This document shows, one piece after another, positions 21,893 through 32,717 of a stretch of 64,000 bases of DNA. The notes below the pieces were generated by a model. The model saw only the letters and a list, made by a program, of their open reading frames with translations. It was not told where the DNA came from and did not search any database. The stretch spans positions 124,001 to 188,000 of the forward strand of contig CP060765.1 of assembly GCA_023205875.1 (NCBI GenBank). The letters are read 5' to 3'. Positions within the stretch are counted from its first letter, which is position 1; the number at the start of each line of letters is the position of its first letter. The DNA comes from Chloropicon primus (lineage: Eukaryota). Position numbers and translations under genes: made by a program.

Positions 21893-23068
21893 ATGATGCA
21901 GACGGAGAGATTGGTGAGGAGGTCGACTTGTGCGAGGACCAAGGTCGGCAGGAAGGGCGCGGCGGTGAGGGCGAGCGCAGCGCGGGGGGGAGGTCGTCCC
22001 CACCAGCAGCAGAGCTCCTCCTCGAGGGCGGTGTCCAGGAAGGAGTCCGGTGCGGCGAGAAGAATGGCGGCCGCGCCCAGGGCAATCGCGAAGGAGGTCA
22101 TGCTCTCGAAGGCCCCGGAGAGGCTGTGCAGGGAAGGGGACACGGGGATGAGAGAGAAGTTCGAGAAGACCATCAGGAAGGCCCAGGACGAGATTTGCGC
22201 GGCGATCACGGCCGTGGACGGCAAGAGCTTTCACGAGGACACTTGGACCAGGCCCGGCGGCGGGGGAGGCATATCTCGCGTGCTCTCCGACGGGAAGGTC
22301 TGGGAGAAGGCCGGGGTGAACGTCTCTGTGGTGTACGGAAGCATGCCCCCGGAGGCGTACAGGGCCGCTACGGGGGTGGACAAGAAGGGGTCGACGGACC
22401 CGAACGACCGCGTCCCCTTTTTCGCCGCGGGAATCAGCTCCGTGATGCACCCCCGCAACCCCCACGCCCCGACCATGCACTTCAACTACCGTTACTTTGA
22501 GACGGACGCCTGGAACGGCGTGCCCTCCCAGTGGTGGTTTGGCGGCGGCACGGACATCACCCCCTCCTACGTGGACGAGGAGGACATGAAGCACTTTCAC
22601 GGGATGTACAAGGGGGTTTGCGACAAGCACGACCCGGAGTACTACGCCAAGTTCAAGAAGTGGTGCGATGAGTACTTCGTGATCAAGCACAGGGGCGAGA
22701 CCCGCGGCCTCGGAGGCATTTTCTTCGACGACCTGAATGACAAGGACCCAGACACCATATTTGAGTTCAGCAAGGAGTGCATGAACACCGTGGTCCCGTC
22801 CTACGTCCCAATCGTGGAGAGGCACGTGAACGACGACTTCAACGAGGAGCAGAAGGAGTGGCAGCAGATCAGGAGAGGGAGGTACGTTGAGTTCAACTTG
22901 GTGTACGACAGAGGAACCACCTTTGGTCTCAAGACGGGAGGCAGGATCGAGTCCATCTTGATGAGTCTGCCTATGACGGCGAGGTGGGAGTACGACCACG
23001 AGCCGGAGGAGGGGACGGAGGAAGCGAAGCTACTGCAATACACGCGCAACGCGGCGACCTGGGTTTAA
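21893..23068 (+). CDS. CPX1: Oxygen-dependent coproporphyrinogen III oxidase, plastid
   Basis: [59 protein letters not shown] and [11 protein letters not shown] possible upstream 9-nt exon lies at 21651-21659. Confidence 0.96.
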   Translation: MMQTERLVRRSTCARTKVGRKGAAVRASAARGGGRPHQQQSSSSRAVSRKESGAARRMAAAPRAIAKEVMLSKAPERLCREGDTGMREKFEKTIRKAQDEICAAITAVDGKSFHEDTWTRPGGGGGISRVLSDGKVWEKAGVNVSVVYGSMPPEAYRAATGVDKKGSTDPNDRVPFFAAGISSVMHPRNPHAPTMHFNYRYFETDAWNGVPSQWWFGGGTDITPSYVDEEDMKHFHGMYKGVCDKHDPEYYAKFKKWCDEYFVIKHRGETRGLGGIFFDDLNDKDPDTIFEFSKECMNTVVPSYVPIVERHVNDDFNEEQKEWQQIRRGRYVEFNLVYDRGTTFGLKTGGRIESILMSLPMTARWEYDHEPEEGTEEAKLLQYTRNAATWV

Positions 23069-23186
23069 GTTTGTTTCGCGAACGCCGAGGTACGAGGGGC
23101 AGCATGGGACTGATAAAGAACTCTTTGAAAGCAATTTTTTTTCCACACGCACAAAATAAACAGAAAGAAAAAAGGGGGGGAGGAAG

Positions 23187-25082
23187 TTACTTCGAGCCCC
23201 AGCCAAACATGGAAGTCACGCCACCCAAGAGGGACGATGCTGCCGTGGCCTCCTCCTCTGCCTTTCCAGCCTGGTCCGCCTCTGCTAGCGTCTTCTCCAC
23301 GGGAACCTCGGGGTACTTGATGTGGTCGATCGCGGTGTCGAGCAAGAAGGGCTGGCACGGCAGGCTCTTCAAGGAGGGGGGCAGCCTGCAGACCTGCCTC
23401 TTCCTGTTGCCCACAAACGACTTTGGCTTGCTAAGGTTGTCCAACAGCGTCTCCGTGGCATCGTCCTCCTTCGCCGCCTGCTCCGAAAACGATTCCCTCC
23501 TCGACACCGAGTTGCTGGCGCAGGCCCTTGCGTGCGTGATGCACCTGCCAATCCTACTGAGGCCGGAAATGTTCTCCGCCGCGGCCAGGATGGGTGCAAA
23601 CAGGTTTGAAACTTTCGCCCCCGAGTCCTCCACCCTGTCAGAGTGCTCTATGGCCCTGTTGTACAGCAAGAAGGCCTCCTTGTCCTGCTTCTTGGTGTTG
23701 TAGTGCTCTCCGAGGAAGAAGCACAGGATGGTCTTGATGGCGTTCATCGCAACGGAGCACTCGTCGTACAGCGCTTCGTCCTCCTCGCCCTGGCGAGAGG
23801 CCAGCTCCGACAAGTCAAACACGTCGAGCTTGAGGTGCTCATAAAGCCTGTACATTTCCTCCGGCGTCGTGTTGATTGCCCTCCGGCCCTCCTTATTTGA
23901 CGGGATGTAAGCCTCGTACTTGGACTGAATGAGCTCCACGTTCCTCTTGACGTGGCTCTCCAGCATGAGGCCAGACACCATCCTCTCAAACTGCTCCAGC
24001 ACTTTCTTCTGCTCCTTGGACTCTGCGGACATCGCGCTCGCTCCTCCCCCCGCCACTTCAGACTTCTCGCTATGGATGATTTGCTTTACCGTGTCGAACA
24101 TTGTGAACAGGGATCCGTAAGCCCCCAGCCTCTTCTCGAGCACCTCCCTCTCGCTCAAGCCGGCGCCCTTGCCACTGGTGCTGCTGTCCTCTTCCATCTT
24201 CTTTATCTGAGCCACGACGTCGCTTGTTGGGCTGACCAGCCTCTTTCCCGGAATCGCGACCGTCTTTCCGCGCCACGCGATTTCGCCCACCATCGCGCTC
24301 CCCTCGGCCCCGGACATCAGGCTGTCCAACTGCGCCTTGAGGTGCGCCGACATGCCTTCCGTGGAGTCCTTCAGCTGCTGCAAGTCCGACAGCTTGCTCG
24401 TGCCCTGCTCCTTCTGTTGCTGGTACTTGCAGAACAGAATGACGGGCTCGATTTCGCTCTGAAGCTCAATGAAGACGCTACTATCCCCCGCGCCCCCGTC
24501 TGCGCCCCCGTCCGCGCCCCCCCTCGTGAGCTTCTCGTACAGGGCCCTCGTCTGCAGAAACTGCTGAAGGGCGGCCTGCCACTTCTCCTCCACTTCCATG
24601 AGGTAAGTCCCCTTCATGAAGCTCGCGTACGCCTCGGACTCGAGCACAGTCCTCGAAGTCGCCCGAGCCGAGCACAACTTGGTGAAATCGTCCGCCCACT
24701 TGCTCGCCTTGCGAAGCTTCTTCGCCATATGCTGCTTCCTGTGACCCCTCCACTTCTTCGAGTTCTCCATCTCTTTCTTGATCTCCATCGCTTGGGCCCA
24801 CACCCTCTCCGCGCACATCAGCGGTATCAAGAAGTAACGCTCCTCCGTCACGTCGCACGCCTTCAGCTCCCTCTTCTCGTACTTTCCCTTCCCGTGAGTA
24901 TGCTTCAAGCTCTTGTACAGACGGAGCAACCTCCTCGTGCAATACTTGCTGTAACGCAGGTAGTCGCCATGCCTCATGCCTTGCTGGGTCTGCGTCTTCC
25001 TCAAGGAAGAGAACACGCTCAGATCGTACCGCTCCACCTCTCCCGCCTCCTCCATCCTCACCGCCTCGCCGTCCTCCGCCAT
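23187..25082 (-). CDS. SRP68: Signal recognition particle subunit SRP68
   Basis: QQGMRHGDYLRYSKYCTRRL, AERVWAQAM, KLRKASKWA and a C-terminal PPSLKSLPCQPFLLDTA..GVTSMFGWG. Confidence 0.92.
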   Translation of the reverse strand: MAEDGEAVRMEEAGEVERYDLSVFSSLRKTQTQQGMRHGDYLRYSKYCTRRLLRLYKSLKHTHGKGKYEKRELKACDVTEERYFLIPLMCAERVWAQAMEIKKEMENSKKWRGHRKQHMAKKLRKASKWADDFTKLCSARATSRTVLESEAYASFMKGTYLMEVEEKWQAALQQFLQTRALYEKLTRGGADGGADGGAGDSSVFIELQSEIEPVILFCKYQQQKEQGTSKLSDLQQLKDSTEGMSAHLKAQLDSLMSGAEGSAMVGEIAWRGKTVAIPGKRLVSPTSDVVAQIKKMEEDSSTSGKGAGLSEREVLEKRLGAYGSLFTMFDTVKQIIHSEKSEVAGGGASAMSAESKEQKKVLEQFERMVSGLMLESHVKRNVELIQSKYEAYIPSNKEGRRAINTTPEEMYRLYEHLKLDVFDLSELASRQGEEDEALYDECSVAMNAIKTILCFFLGEHYNTKKQDKEAFLLYNRAIEHSDRVEDSGAKVSNLFAPILAAAENISGLSRIGRCITHARACASNSVSRRESFSEQAAKEDDATETLLDNLSKPKSFVGNRKRQVCRLPPSLKSLPCQPFLLDTAIDHIKYPEVPVEKTLAEADQAGKAEEEATAASSLLGGVTSMFGWGSK

Positions 25083-25508
25083 GACAACGCAACGCTCTCC
25101 CCTCTCCGCTTCCACCTCTCGGCGATCCCCTTCGATGGTTTCCGCCTCCAGTCGATCACTCCGGTTGTCAAAATGGGCAACCGAGGGGTCGATGGAAAGC
25201 TCTCGAGATTCTCGAGACCGTGGCCGCGCTCCCTTGGGCTCTTCACTCCCTCGCCTCACGCAAGGCTCGACGAGTCGTCGCTCCTCCAACCCAAGCCGTC
25301 GAAACCCTGAAACCCTTGAAAATGAGCTCGCTCCAGAGCCTGAGATCCTGGAGAGGGAGGAGCCTCCGCCTCCTTTGGAGGAGGAGGGAGGGAGGGAGGG
25401 AGGAGATTGGATGGTGGGGGAGGGCACCCCACGGTCCCTTGCTCTTTCCACAAGTGCCCTCACTTGGAAGAGATCGAGGAGGAGGGGGAGGGGGAGGATA
25501 ACAACGAT

Positions 25509-25540
25509 GGATTGGATTGGATTGGATTGGATTGGATTAG
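25509..25540. repeat. (GGATT)n pentanucleotide microsatellite
   Basis: About 6 tandem GGATT units. Confidence 0.85.
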
Positions 25541-25594
25541 ATAATAGCTTTGGATAATACTATGTTGAGATTATTGAAGCTTCGACGGATGTCC

Positions 25595-27769
25595 TCAATG
25601 CTCGTCCTCGTCCAGCTCCTCGGCGATTTCCTTGACAAGCTCGTCCCTGTAGTCCTCGAAGTCCCCGTCGTAAGTCTCGAGCTCGCCATCGTCGACGATC
25701 CAGACTTCGCTCCTCTCCTCGTCCTCGCACACCCTGGACAGCAGTCTGGAGTCGTGAGAGATGATGACCACGCCGCCCTCGTACATCTCGATGGCGTCGG
25801 CCAAGGCATCCACACTCTGCATGTCCAAGTGGTTCGTGGGCTCGTCCAGAAGAAGGATGTGAGGGCGGGAGAGGGAGATGGCCGCGAAGACGACACGCGC
25901 CTTCTGACCTCCAGACAACTTCACGATGGGCTGCATGTGGTGGTGCCCGCTGAGGCCAAACCTGCCCAGCTTCGCTCTCATGTTCTCCACCCTGAGGCCG
26001 CTGTCTGGGAACTTCTCCAGCAGATAGTGTACAGGTGTGACGTCCAGGGTGAGAACGTCCACGAAGTGCTGGGCATACCTCCCAATTCTCAGCTTCTGAC
26101 TGCGCCTCGAATCCCCAGACGTGGGCTCGATATCCCCGGCCAGGAGGTTCATCAAGGTGGACTTTCCCGCACCATTGGGGCCCACGATGGCTATCCGCGA
26201 GCCCATGTCGATACCCAGGTTGAGGTTCTTCATCCCAAAGTCGTCCCTCCCCGGGTACTTGAAGTCCGCGTCCATGAGAGAGATCAGAGGCGGGTTCAGC
26301 TCCGTTGGCTCCGGGAACTCGAACTGGACCGTGTAGTCGTTCCACTTTCTTGGCGCGTCATTCACGTTGATGTCGTCGTCGTTGCCCTTGTTCTTCTTTC
26401 CCTTCTTCTTCTCCTTGTTCAACTGCTTCTGATTCTGCTTCACCTTGTCCTGCTTCGTCCTCGACCCGCTCGCTTTCGCCGCCTTCATTTGCTTCTCATA
26501 CTTGTCGAACGCCTTGTTCGCTTCCTTCCTCCTCTGCTCGTACATTTCCTCGAAGGTGGAATAGTTGCCCTTGTACTGGTGTAGCCTCTCGTCGTGAAGG
26601 TGGATGATGTCCGTAGTCACCGAGTCCAAGAAGTCCCTGTCGTGCGACACCACGATCAAGGTCTTCTTCCACCTCATCAGGTACTCCTCGAGCCAGATGG
26701 CTGCCCTGAGATCCAAGTGATTCGTGGGCTCGTCGAGCATCAGCAGCGTGGGCTGGATAAACAGGGCCCTGGCCAGGGATATCCTCATACGCCAACCACC
26801 ACTGAACGTGTTCGTTGCCCTCCCTTGCATCGCGGGGGTGAAGCCCAGACCGTGCAGAATCTTTGACGCCCTCGCGTCAGCAGAGGACGCGCCTATCGTG
26901 TTCAGCCTGTCGTACACCTCTGTGAGTCTCGACGCGATCTTCGAGTCCTCCCCGCTCTTGTCCTCCGTGCTCAGGTTTTCCATCTTCGCCGTGAGCTCCT
27001 TCTCCTCGTCCTTCAGACTCATCAGCTCGACGTCGGCCATGACCACGGACTCGAGGGCGGTGTGCTTGTCACCAACGACTTCCTGCTCCACGAGCAAGGC
27101 GTCGATTCCCTCGGGGACCGGAATCTGCCTCTTTCCAAGAAGCCTGAGCAAGGTCGACTTTCCCTTGCCGTTGGGGCCGACCAGGCCGTACTTCCTGCCG
27201 TGGGCTATCGTCACCGCAGTGTTCTCCAGAAGGATCTTTCCCTTTGCCCTGACCGTGAGAGAGTTCACCTTGATGTCCTTCACGGACGCAAGCACCTCCT
27301 CGGAGTACTGCGGGGCCTCAAAAGACACGTCGAAAGCCGAGTCGTCCTGCAGCATAGCCTGCCTCCTCGCTTCCTTGGAGGCCGCCATGGCTTCCGCCTC
27401 CTTTCGCTTCTTCCTCAGGGCGTCCTTCTCCGCCTGCTTCTTCAGCCTCTTCTCCTCCTCCGCGGTCAGCTTCTTCTCCTCCTCCTGGCCCCCCTCCTCC
27501 TCGTACCCGTACTCGTCCTCGTCCGAGGGAGGCAAGTCCATGAAACCATAGTAATCATCCTTCGCCGCCTTCTTCTTCGCCAACTCCTCCTGCTTCTTCT
27601 GCCTCAGCTGCTTCTTCGTCAGGCCTCCCTGCTCTCCTTTCCCTCCAGAGCTCGAGCTCGACTTCTCCTTGGACTTCTTCTTCTTCGTATCTCCTGTCTC
27701 CATGTCCTTCCCAAAGTCCAGCACGCTGAACTTGGACTTCGACTCCCCTCCGCCCTTCTTCTTCCCCAT
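25595..27769 (-). CDS. ABC-F family translation factor (ABCF1/ABCF4-like)
   Basis: Two NBDs (GPNGKGKST/FSGGWRMR/LDEPTNHLD and GPNGAGKST/LSGGQKAR/LDEPTNHLD), no TM segments, and a K/E-rich N-terminus. Confidence 0.93.
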   Translation of the reverse strand: MGKKKGGGESKSKFSVLDFGKDMETGDTKKKKSKEKSSSSSGGKGEQGGLTKKQLRQKKQEELAKKKAAKDDYYGFMDLPPSDEDEYGYEEEGGQEEEKKLTAEEEKRLKKQAEKDALRKKRKEAEAMAASKEARRQAMLQDDSAFDVSFEAPQYSEEVLASVKDIKVNSLTVRAKGKILLENTAVTIAHGRKYGLVGPNGKGKSTLLRLLGKRQIPVPEGIDALLVEQEVVGDKHTALESVVMADVELMSLKDEEKELTAKMENLSTEDKSGEDSKIASRLTEVYDRLNTIGASSADARASKILHGLGFTPAMQGRATNTFSGGWRMRISLARALFIQPTLLMLDEPTNHLDLRAAIWLEEYLMRWKKTLIVVSHDRDFLDSVTTDIIHLHDERLHQYKGNYSTFEEMYEQRRKEANKAFDKYEKQMKAAKASGSRTKQDKVKQNQKQLNKEKKKGKKNKGNDDDINVNDAPRKWNDYTVQFEFPEPTELNPPLISLMDADFKYPGRDDFGMKNLNLGIDMGSRIAIVGPNGAGKSTLMNLLAGDIEPTSGDSRRSQKLRIGRYAQHFVDVLTLDVTPVHYLLEKFPDSGLRVENMRAKLGRFGLSGHHHMQPIVKLSGGQKARVVFAAISLSRPHILLLDEPTNHLDMQSVDALADAIEMYEGGVVIISHDSRLLSRVCEDEERSEVWIVDDGELETYDGDFEDYRDELVKEIAEELDEDEH

Positions 27770-28531
27770 GACGACGAGACGAGACGAGCGTTACGAAATC
27801 AAGATAAACGCGTAACGCGCGCGCGCGAGCTCAAAACAACTCAAAACCTCCTCCTCCTCCTTGGTGAGAATAGGGATGCCTGATGAATGAATGAACCCTG
27901 TGCACGGATGAAGAAGATGAAGATGAAGCTGTTTCAGTCTCTCGCATCCTCATCACGAAAGCATTCTTTTCATGCGAGGGGTCGTTGGAAAGCTAAAAGA
28001 ACGTATCATGTGATCTACACCTCCAAAATATCTTCAACGATAATCTTTTGGTCACAAAAACGCCTCAGAACTTACCTCACTCTCGGTCGCCAATCGCCTT
28101 CCTGGCTCTGAAGCGTCCTTTCGCCGCCAGACTTTCCCCTTCTTGTAGAGACGTTAATTCTCCACGATTGATGAATTTCGCTACTATACGTTCACCTTAA
28201 TGTTTTTGATCAACACGAAAGGTAATGTCTTTGGATGCATTTTCTTTGTGTTGTATAATTAACGTCATGTGGTGAATTCATGTTTTGAATGAAAAAATCC
28301 GTTGAGAAGCGACAGAAGAACTGGAGGGCAACGCGCGGGCGTCACGACGAAGAGGTGAGTTTTTGGGAACGATTGCGGGGAGAGGACGAGGGAACGGGGA
28401 GAGGGGAGGGTTCTAGATCGAATATTCGTCTCGAGATCTTTCGATAGACCCGCTTCTTGGGAAGAATGGTGGAGTGAGGAGAATTTGGAAGACTGAAACG
28501 TTTCGATGTTTTGCTTGGTGTTTTTTGCGTG

Positions 28532-31500
28532 ATGAAGCAGGTAAGTTCGGGACGAGTTGGACGGTGTAGAAGGACGTTTGGTCGAGTTCCCGCGCGACAC
28601 GAACGAGATCTTCGTCTCGTTTTCTTTCCGTGGAGCTCTCTCTTGCGAAGAATGACGTCGTGACGAGCATGTGGTGAGGCTTTGAGACTGATGGGTTTGC
28701 TTTTGATTCTGTTTTTTGCTCTGAATGGCATCATGGCCCATGACAGACGACGCTGAGGATGATGGAGAAGGAGAATGTCATTCCGCAGGCGTTCACCGCA
28801 ACCAGCGCGTCGAGCGTCCTCCGTCAGGTGCACCTCATTGACGGAAAGAAGGAGCAGCAAGCGCTGGTGAAAGCGACGAGCAACGCGGCGACCGGTCAAG
28901 AGGGTCTGGCTTGTGGTGGCATAGGCACGCCGGTGAGCGCGAGCAGGGTGAATGGCAAGCCTAGCGTTTCGACGAGAACGCCCCTCGGTGCTCTAGCGGC
29001 GTCCTCCGCGCCGGTGAGGACGCCCCTTTCGAGCATAAGGCAGCCGAACCAGGGCAGAGACTTGGGATCGATCGCGACGCCGTCGAGCGGGTCGAGGGCG
29101 CTCCGGGAGCGTTTCCTGCAGCAGAAACCGAGCCAGACGCCTACGATGGCGCAGCAGGCGCTGACCGCGGCAGCGGCCGCCGCCACGGCGTCGAGGAGGA
29201 ACACGTGGAACGGGGACGTCGATATTTATGCGGAGACCGTGTTGAGCAAGGCGGCGAGGAGCAAGGAGGCCGCGGGGGTTCTGGTGGAGAGGGTCCGGAG
29301 GGTGAAGGGCGACTGCACCTGTGCACAGGCGTGGTGGGACCTCCTCTCGGCAGAGGAAGAGGCGCTCCTGGCGAGTGATGCCACGGGAAAGAGCGCCCAG
29401 GGCCTCTACAAGCTCTACGAGTGGGCGACAAAACTCGTGCCTCGAAAGGGCAATAAGAACAACGAGAGCTACATCAGCCTTTGGCTCGGGTACATCAAGA
29501 GGCAGAAGAACGAAGAGGACGTCAGGGACACTTTCAAGACATTGAGGAACATGGGAATAGGGGAGACGAGCCAGAACTTGTACCAGCAGTGGGCACTCTT
29601 CGAAGTCGCGGCCGGAAACAGCGAAAAGGCCAAGGGCATTGTGAAGAAGGGGGTCAAGGCGGGAGCTATCGAGAAGAGCGACCTGGAAAGCTTCGTGTCC
29701 AAGTTGTCCCTGCAGGAGCCCCGCCAGCCCGCACAGCCGGTGGCGGCTCCCGCCGAGAGGCGCGCCGGCAGCGCTTTGGCAACGAGCGGCGTCGCTCCTA
29801 GCCACCACCACGGTGTCAACGCAGACCCGTTGGATTCGAAGCTGTCGCTGCGTCACAAGCTGGGACACTTGAGCCAGGGCGAGAAGGTTGCGGTAGCACC
29901 CCTTCACCAGGGCAGCAAAAGAGAGGAGGACGATAGTCTGAGCAGGACAGACCCCAGCGTTCTCTCTTCCAAGACGTTCTGCAGCAGCATTTACAGCAAC
30001 AGCTCAACGCTGCACACGACAGGGACCCCCTTCAGGGGCGAGCACCCCACTTCGTCGACCTTGACAACGAAGGCTTTGCACACGTACACGCCCACTGAGG
30101 CCTCCAAAATTCACAGCACGAATGCCAAAGGACCTGGGAAAGACTCAAAGTACACGGAGGCGACAGCCACAACAGGTGACTCGGAGGACCAGGCCACTCC
30201 AGGAAGCATGAAAGGCCCAAAGCGGCTGGGCTTGAAGCGTTTTGCTGGCCCGGCCAGAAGGATCAAGCCAGGAGAGGAGGATCCAAAGCCGCAACAAAGC
30301 GCTGCACTGAATTCGCTGAACAGCGAAAGGAGACAGGCGGCCCCACCCGCGTCCTCCACGGTCACTGAGAATTACACCGACCTTTCTGGGAAGCTATCGC
30401 CCATCGTTGAGGCCTCGTACAGCACGAGCTCTGCAAGCAGAAATAGCACGAGGTCTACATCTTCAGGTCCGACGGAGGAGGTCTCGAGGAAGGACCAGGG
30501 AGTCGAGAGGCCGGCACAGGCAGAGAAAAGGGTCGTTTCTCATGCCTCTGCATCTTCCCAGCCAAAGGCAGAGAACATCTCCAGGAGACAACCTGCTGGG
30601 AACAATGCTTCTGTCGCTCCTCGCAAAGCGGAAGCGAAGCCGGCAGCAAGTACCCAGCAAGTGAGAGAATCCAGCAACTCTGTAACGGTCCAGAACGTGA
30701 AGTACACCGTCCTGGAGTGCGTTGGCAAGGGAGGTAGCAGTAAAGTCTACAAGGTCATCTCGCCAGATCACAAGATCTTTGCCCTGAAGAGGATCAAGCT
30801 GGATGGTCGCGAGAAGGAGGCCGCTGCAGGCTTCATGGACGAGATCACTCTCCTGAATAGGTTCAAGGGACGCCACCAAATCGTTCAGCTTGTGGACAGC
30901 CAAATCTTTAGGGACTCGGGAATCATATACATGGTGCTCGAGTATGGCGAGGTTGACCTCGCAAGGCTGCTCCAGAGGAGAGAAAAGGTCAGATCAGCGG
31001 AGGGTCAGAATAAAATCGACCTTAACTTCATTCGCCTTCATTGGCAGCAGATGCTTGAGGCCGTCCACATCATTCACGAGGAGAGAATCGTGCACAGCGA
31101 CCTGAAGCCGGCGAACTTCTTGTTCGTGGAGGGAGCCCTGAAACTGATCGATTTTGGCATTGCAAAGGCGATACAGAATGATACCACTCACATCGCGAGG
31201 GAGAGCCAGGTTGGAACGTTGAACTACATGTCACCGGAAGCCATTCTCTCGGGCAGCAACGGAAACCGCTCCGGGAAGCAGACCAAGGTTGGAAGGGCAT
31301 CTGATGTTTGGTCCTTGGGCTGCATCTTGTACCAGATGGTTTACGGCCGCACGCCGTTTAGCCACCTTCAGTTCATTCAGAAGCTGCACGCGATCACGGA
31401 CCCCAACCACCAAATCGAGTTCCCATCGATCCAAAACCAGAGCTTGCTGGACGTCATGAAGAGGTGCCTCGACAGGAACCCAAAGACCAGAATTGGGATT

Positions 31501-32250
31501 CCGGAGCTGCTCGACCACTTGTTTTTGAACCCATCGCAAGAAACTGTGGCACCCCCAAACTTGTTGACGCCAGAGTTCTTAAATTCGATGTTGATGCAGC
31601 TGTCAAACGGGGGGCAGAGCTCTGCGGACATCTCGAAGCTGTCTCAAGAGCTCTGCAAGCAGCTTGCAGCGGGGACGGTGCCCGATTTGAAGAGCCTCAT
31701 TCCGAGCGCCCAAGCTCAGCCCCCCCAGGGTGGGCCACCAAAGGCTCCGCCACCGCCACCGCCGCCCCCAACGTCGTCTGCCCTTGTACCTCAGAACAAG
31801 ATGAAGATGATCATGGAGGACATCAAGAAGAAGAAGCAATTGAGACCGCAGTCGCAGAATCCCCAGGGTGGTGAAAAGCCCAGCCAGGGGAGCAGCCTGC
31901 AGCATGGCAGCGGTATCGCTGAAGCTGCAGCGGCGAGGGCCTTGGCCAGGGCAAAGCAGCGCCAAGAAGCAGTCATGGCCTTGGAAAAGAAGGAGGCCTT
32001 CATCAGCAACGACCTTCAGGACGCTTTGCAGAAGCAACATGCCGCTCTTAAGCCAGTTGGGACTGAGAAGCAGAATGGCAACCATGACCACGAAGAGGAG
32101 AGTGCTCCAGAGAGTCTTTCGGGCGTGTTTAGACACGAGTTGAACAAGAAATTCCAAAAGGCCGTGAACAACAACAATGACACGATCACAATGACAGGCG
32201 ACCTCACTGGGTCTGTCACCGAGGATACCATGGACATGTCCTGGAACTAA
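28532..32250 (+). CDS. MPS1: Spindle checkpoint kinase MPS1/TTK
   Basis: GKGGSSKVY, HSDLKPANFL, DFGIAKAIQNDTT and QVGTLNYMSPE, with an N-terminal Mad3/BUB1-like TPR and a KEN box. Main exon ORF 28759-32250. A probable 9-nt first exon 28532-28540 is joined via intron 28541-28746. Confidence 0.92.
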
Positions 32251-32717
32251 ACTTATACCCACTGTTGTACACTATAATACTTATCCTCAGCATGCCTCGA
32301 CAATTTCCGGATGAAGGAAAGCCTTGCTATTCTTGAGAGAGGGTGACAATGCTGCATCATGCAAGAGATCTCAGTACTGATGAACGGTTGGCAAAGGTGG
32401 GCACCTTTCACCACCACCATTTCTTGTCTCCATCACCATCCACACCATCCACTCCTCTCCTCATTCCTCTCCTGCTGTCCTGTCGATCAGGAAAAGGTTT
32501 TTGAGGATAAGCAGCGAGAGATGTCCCTTTGAGAGAAAGGTGGTCACCTTTGCCCAGCGACCATGCAGACCCAAGGAACACGCCAATGAGCTAAGGCAGC
32601 ACCAAGCCAAGGGACAAAGGGTTTCATCTTTTCGACGACGAGGTTTCATCGACCTGTTTCCGTTTCCAGCCAGGACGCCAAGGCCAGGAGGCCAAGGCCA
32701 GGAGCAGAGGACCCACG

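Noticed and set aside
28066..28080. ACTTACCT resembling the U1 snRNA 5' end
   Set aside because: No U1 stem-loops or Sm site follow. It is more simply a - strand splice donor (AG|GTAAGT) or chance.
32310..32385. Possible C/D box snoRNA (GGATGA...CTGA)
   Set aside because: Box C is imperfect, there is no convincing terminal stem, and I recognised no rRNA guide.
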